Origin: Squalus acanthias
Lineage: Eukaryota
Direction of reading: 5' to 3'
Assembly (NCBI GenBank): GCA_030390025.1
Contig: CM059452.1
Coordinates: 9,610,001 to 9,674,000, forward strand
DNA: 64,000 bases
The notes under the pieces were generated by a model. It searched no databases. It was given only the letters and a program-made list of their open reading frames with translations, and had not been told where the DNA came from. Positions 60,662 to 64,000 of this stretch are shown in pieces (the first letter of the stretch is position 1; each line of letters begins with the position of its first letter). Position numbers and translations under genes: made by a program.

Positions 60662-61601
60662 AATATAGCTTGTAGGAAATTATTTTGTTATTAGTCAATA
60701 TAAACACTTGCTGTTTAAAAACATTACAGAATAAATTAATTTAATTTTCTTCCCATCCTTATTCAAAATCCTGCTGACTCCACCTACGGATTAAAACTCA
60801 GAAACAGCTCGGGCGGTGCAGAGCGCATTTAAGAGTCAGGGGTCACAGGCTGCACAAACTGGGGCTTTCCAACGCCGATCGGAGGCTGCAGACGACCGTG
60901 ACTCGCCGATCCTGAATCCATGGGAGTAACAGTCAATCACGGCGTTGTGACGGGCGGAATGGATTGTGGCGTCATCCACTGAAGCGCAAACGTGAATTTG
61001 TGTGACGTACAATCGGCCATGTTTGTGTGACACGCAGTCGACCATGTTTGTGTGACGTAACACGCTGCGCATGTCTACCGTTTATTTAAGGAAAGGTGAC
61101 TTCAGTTTCCACCAAAATAAGCGGACGATCTTAATCAATAAATCTGAAAGTTTGGCGCCCATGAGAATAAAAACGGTTTGTGAGGTGCACATGTGTGAAT
61201 AGATCTCCCAGAGTGCCAAGCGGCTCGTGTCGCAGATGGTTTTTTTTCTTTGCCGCTGTAAATTGTGGGAGTCGCAGCCCTCCATGGCCGAGTCCTTAAC
61301 TGAGTGAATCCAAACCCAACCTCCTTCCAGCCGGGTTGTTGGTCCGGACAGACTGTAGTGTCCTGTTGAGCGAAGAGAATCTCTGAGTAGATTGGACACC
61401 GAATACGGGAAATCCCAGGAGGTGGAGACCGCTCATCAACCCAATCGGTGAAAGACGGATTGACCCAAAGTAAAGGAAAGACAAAGCTCTCCTGGTCCCT
61501 GTGGAAACAGACGGGCAATACATTTAAACCCCAGGGTGAAATATGACTCGGTAAAAGATGTTTTGTGGTTATAAAACATGAGTTGCACAAATAGTGTCAC
61601 C

Positions 61602-62030
61602 CGCGGCGCAGTTGGTAGCACACTCGCCTCTGGGTTCATAATCCCACTCCAGAGACTCGAGCACAAACATCTAGGCTGACACTGCAGTGTAGTACTGAGG
61701 GAGTGCTGTATTGTCGGAGCTGCCGTCTTTCGGATGAAACGTTAAACCCAGGCGCTCTCAGTGGACATAAAAGATCCTATGGCATTATTTTGACTAAGAG
61801 GAGGGGAGTTACCCACGGTGCCCTGGCCAATATTTACCCCTCAATCAACATCACTAAAACAGATTATCTGGTCATTCTCACGATGCTGTTTCTGGGAGCT
61901 TGCTGTGCGCAAGTTTCCTGTCGCATTTCCTACATTACAACAGTGACTACACTTCAAAAAGTACTTCATTGGCTGTAAAGCGCTTTGGGACGTCCGCTGG
62001 TTGTGAAAGGCGCTATAGAAATGCAAGTCT
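61602..62030 (+). mobile_element. tRNA-derived Deu-domain SINE (SacSINE1-like)
   Basis: Same family as 25572-26020. Confidence 0.75.
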
Positions 62031-62369
62031 TTCTTTCTTTCAAAGGGAGGTGAGAATGTGAAATGTTCTGGAGAAAGTGTTGTTGGCTCAGATTCCTGTG
62101 GAGGGTCAAAGGGATTTGGGATTCCAGGGACTTGCCAGATCAATCTGTGGTCAACAATAACAACATCATCCGCCCACACAGCGGTCTGTCTGTTTATGAC
62201 ACGTTGAGGATACATTTTGAATGGAAGAATTGTTGTCCTTCTCCGTCAGGCTACACAGTGACATTGGACCATGAGATACAATGAACCAGAGAGTTCACTG
62301 TCACAGTCTGCCGTGCCGGAGCACCTGTAGTTTATCTGTCGGCTCTTGCTCTAAATACAGCAGCGTGTG

Positions 62370-62674
62370 CGGTGTTATGACCCAGAAGTATTTCCTGGAA
62401 TCCGCAGCTGTCAGCTGTGAAACCCTTAAACTGACGGCTCTGTAAGTTTTGGCCAAAGATGAGGTGAAGCGCCGTCTTGCAAAGTTCGCATCGTCACTGA
62501 ACCGTTCGGTGCAGCGGATGAGGATATTCTCAGGGCCCACGGACCGACCCCCCCGGTACCAGGACAGGCAAACCCTGGTCACCTCTGTATAGGAGCAGGT
62601 TATTGTCGCGATCTCTCCCTCCTGAGCGGTCACCTCTTCCATTGGCCAATGAGCGATCCATCCAATGACGCTGT
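62370..62674 (-). pseudogene. Atypical V exon (C104->W), inverted paralog of 24928
   Basis: Near-identical translation. Confidence 0.75.
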
Positions 62675-63235
62675 CTAAAGGACAGGGAGGGAAACGTTTA
62701 GATAAAGTTGCAATAACTGTGAGTAATAAATCCCAACAGGCGGTGAGATTGTCGCTCACACAACCAAAGCGGGATATCATTTCAGAATAGGAGTTCCCAG
62801 AGTGACTGTATCCAAACAGAAATATATGGAGAGTTTTGATAAAGTTAATAAGGAGAAACTGTTTCCACTGGCAGGAGGGTCGGTACCCAGAGGACAAACA
62901 CATTGAAGATACTGGGCAAAAGAACCAGAGAGGAGATGAGGAGATTTGGTTTTTTACTCAGTGAGTTGTTGTGATCTGGAATTCACTGCCTTGAAAGGGC
63001 GGTGGAAGCAGATTTAATAATAACTTTCAAAGGGGAATTGGATAAATACTTAAAAAGAGACAAATTGCAGGAATACAGATACCTATATATTAGAATTAAC
63101 AGCACAATGTCTAATCACAAATACAGGGACCAGCTGAGACTCGCCCCTGATCACAATGTTCCGCTGTCGCACTGATATGTTGAGCGACGCTCTGACAGTT
63201 TTTGTACAGGTCCAGCCCAGCTCCGTGTCTCTGTG

Positions 63236-63667
63236 GGGCTCAGTGCGCAGTAATACACCGCGGAGTCTGTCAGTTGTGTTTCAGACACGTTCAGCGGGAC
63301 GGTTCGGCTCGAATCATTGAGCTTCGCTGAAAAACGGACCCCTGGAAATCTCCCTTCGTTCTTGCTGTATCTTGTTCTCTGCAGCAGATACTCCATGGAT
63401 CCGCTGGGATACTGACGGTACCAGTATAGGTAAGGAGTGCTGGTGCTTGTAGCTGTATAATTACAGTGCAACTGAACATCGTCTCCTTCACTTACTGTGG
63501 TTGCAGCCGGTGTCTGTGAAACGGAGTCTCCTCGACAATGTCCTGCAAGAGCCCAGAGCGATACTAAATTAAACAATGTCACTTCACTGTGTCTATCCCC
63601 CAGAATCAGTCTGTCACCCCCAACACTTACCTGAGAAGTAAATCAGGGCAGTTAAACAGAAATACAT
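63236..63667 (-). CDS. TCR alpha-like V segment, apparently functional (paralog of 23938)
   Basis: Leader 63667-63631, V exon from 63542. RSS CACAGAG(63235-63229)-23-ACAAAAACT(63205-63197). Confidence 0.9.
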
Positions 63668-64000
63668 TTCCCCACAGCTCAGGGGCTGCTCACGGGATGG
63701 TGCTGAGATCGACTGAATAAAACTTCCTTTAATGAACCTTCAGCACCTTCCAACGGGATCAGTTCCTCACCTCCATCTCTTGTGATGTGAAGGGAAAACT
63801 TCAAACGGTCTGTGGGTTTAAGACTCGTGTATCTGTCAAAGTCCGTCATTGACTCCGGCGGGGCGGAGCGGGTCTGTCTGCCATTCGCCTGTAATCTCAC
63901 CTCAACTCTTCCGCTTTCATTCACTGGGGGAATTTGTCGATTTTCCCCAAACATTCTTCAGTGTTGAATAAGGGTGGATCCGGATGGTTTTCTTCACTTC

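Noticed and set aside
61240-61500. Possible highly decayed V on the minus strand (..HSVKDSAMEGC, acceptor-like site)
   Set aside because: No recognisable C23/W41 motifs and no correctly spaced RSS.
1-64000. IgH-like V (TAILV/IgW/IgM V), D, J or C segments
   Set aside because: I saw no VH-type motifs (WVRQ..GLEW..YYCAR), FGxG J motifs with 12-RSS, or C exons. Short D or J elements could have been missed by eye.

Overview
This is vertebrate genomic DNA, almost certainly from a cartilaginous fish (shark-type CR1 LINEs, a Deu-domain SacSINE1-like SINE and Penelope remnants). It is part of the variable-segment array of a T-cell receptor alpha/delta locus. I can support about 23 V segments (12 on +, 11 on -): roughly 13 look intact (leader, V exon with C23/W41/C104, RSS), and the rest are pseudogenes, leaderless, gap-truncated or TE-interrupted. 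I saw no D, J, C or 12-RSS, so alpha versus delta assignment is only by resemblance. The array is built from direct and inverted segmental duplications and is interspersed with CR1 fragments, satellites, two 61-bp VNTRs and MITEs. Highlights: (1) a 7-kb insertion in a V exon where a 3'-truncated Tx1 LINE is bracketed by hammerhead-ribozyme-bearing Penelope termini inside one TSD; (2) about 13 CTCF-type motifs, four of them about 25 bp behind an RSS; (3) a V family with the leader fused to V (no leader intron), a probable 5'-UTR intron and a VNTR upstream; (4) chimeric V genes that swap promoter/leader or FR3-RSS-CTCF modules; (5) V domains that lost a canonical Cys but carry a cross-strand Cys pair. 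All coordinates were read by eye and TE ends are approximate.
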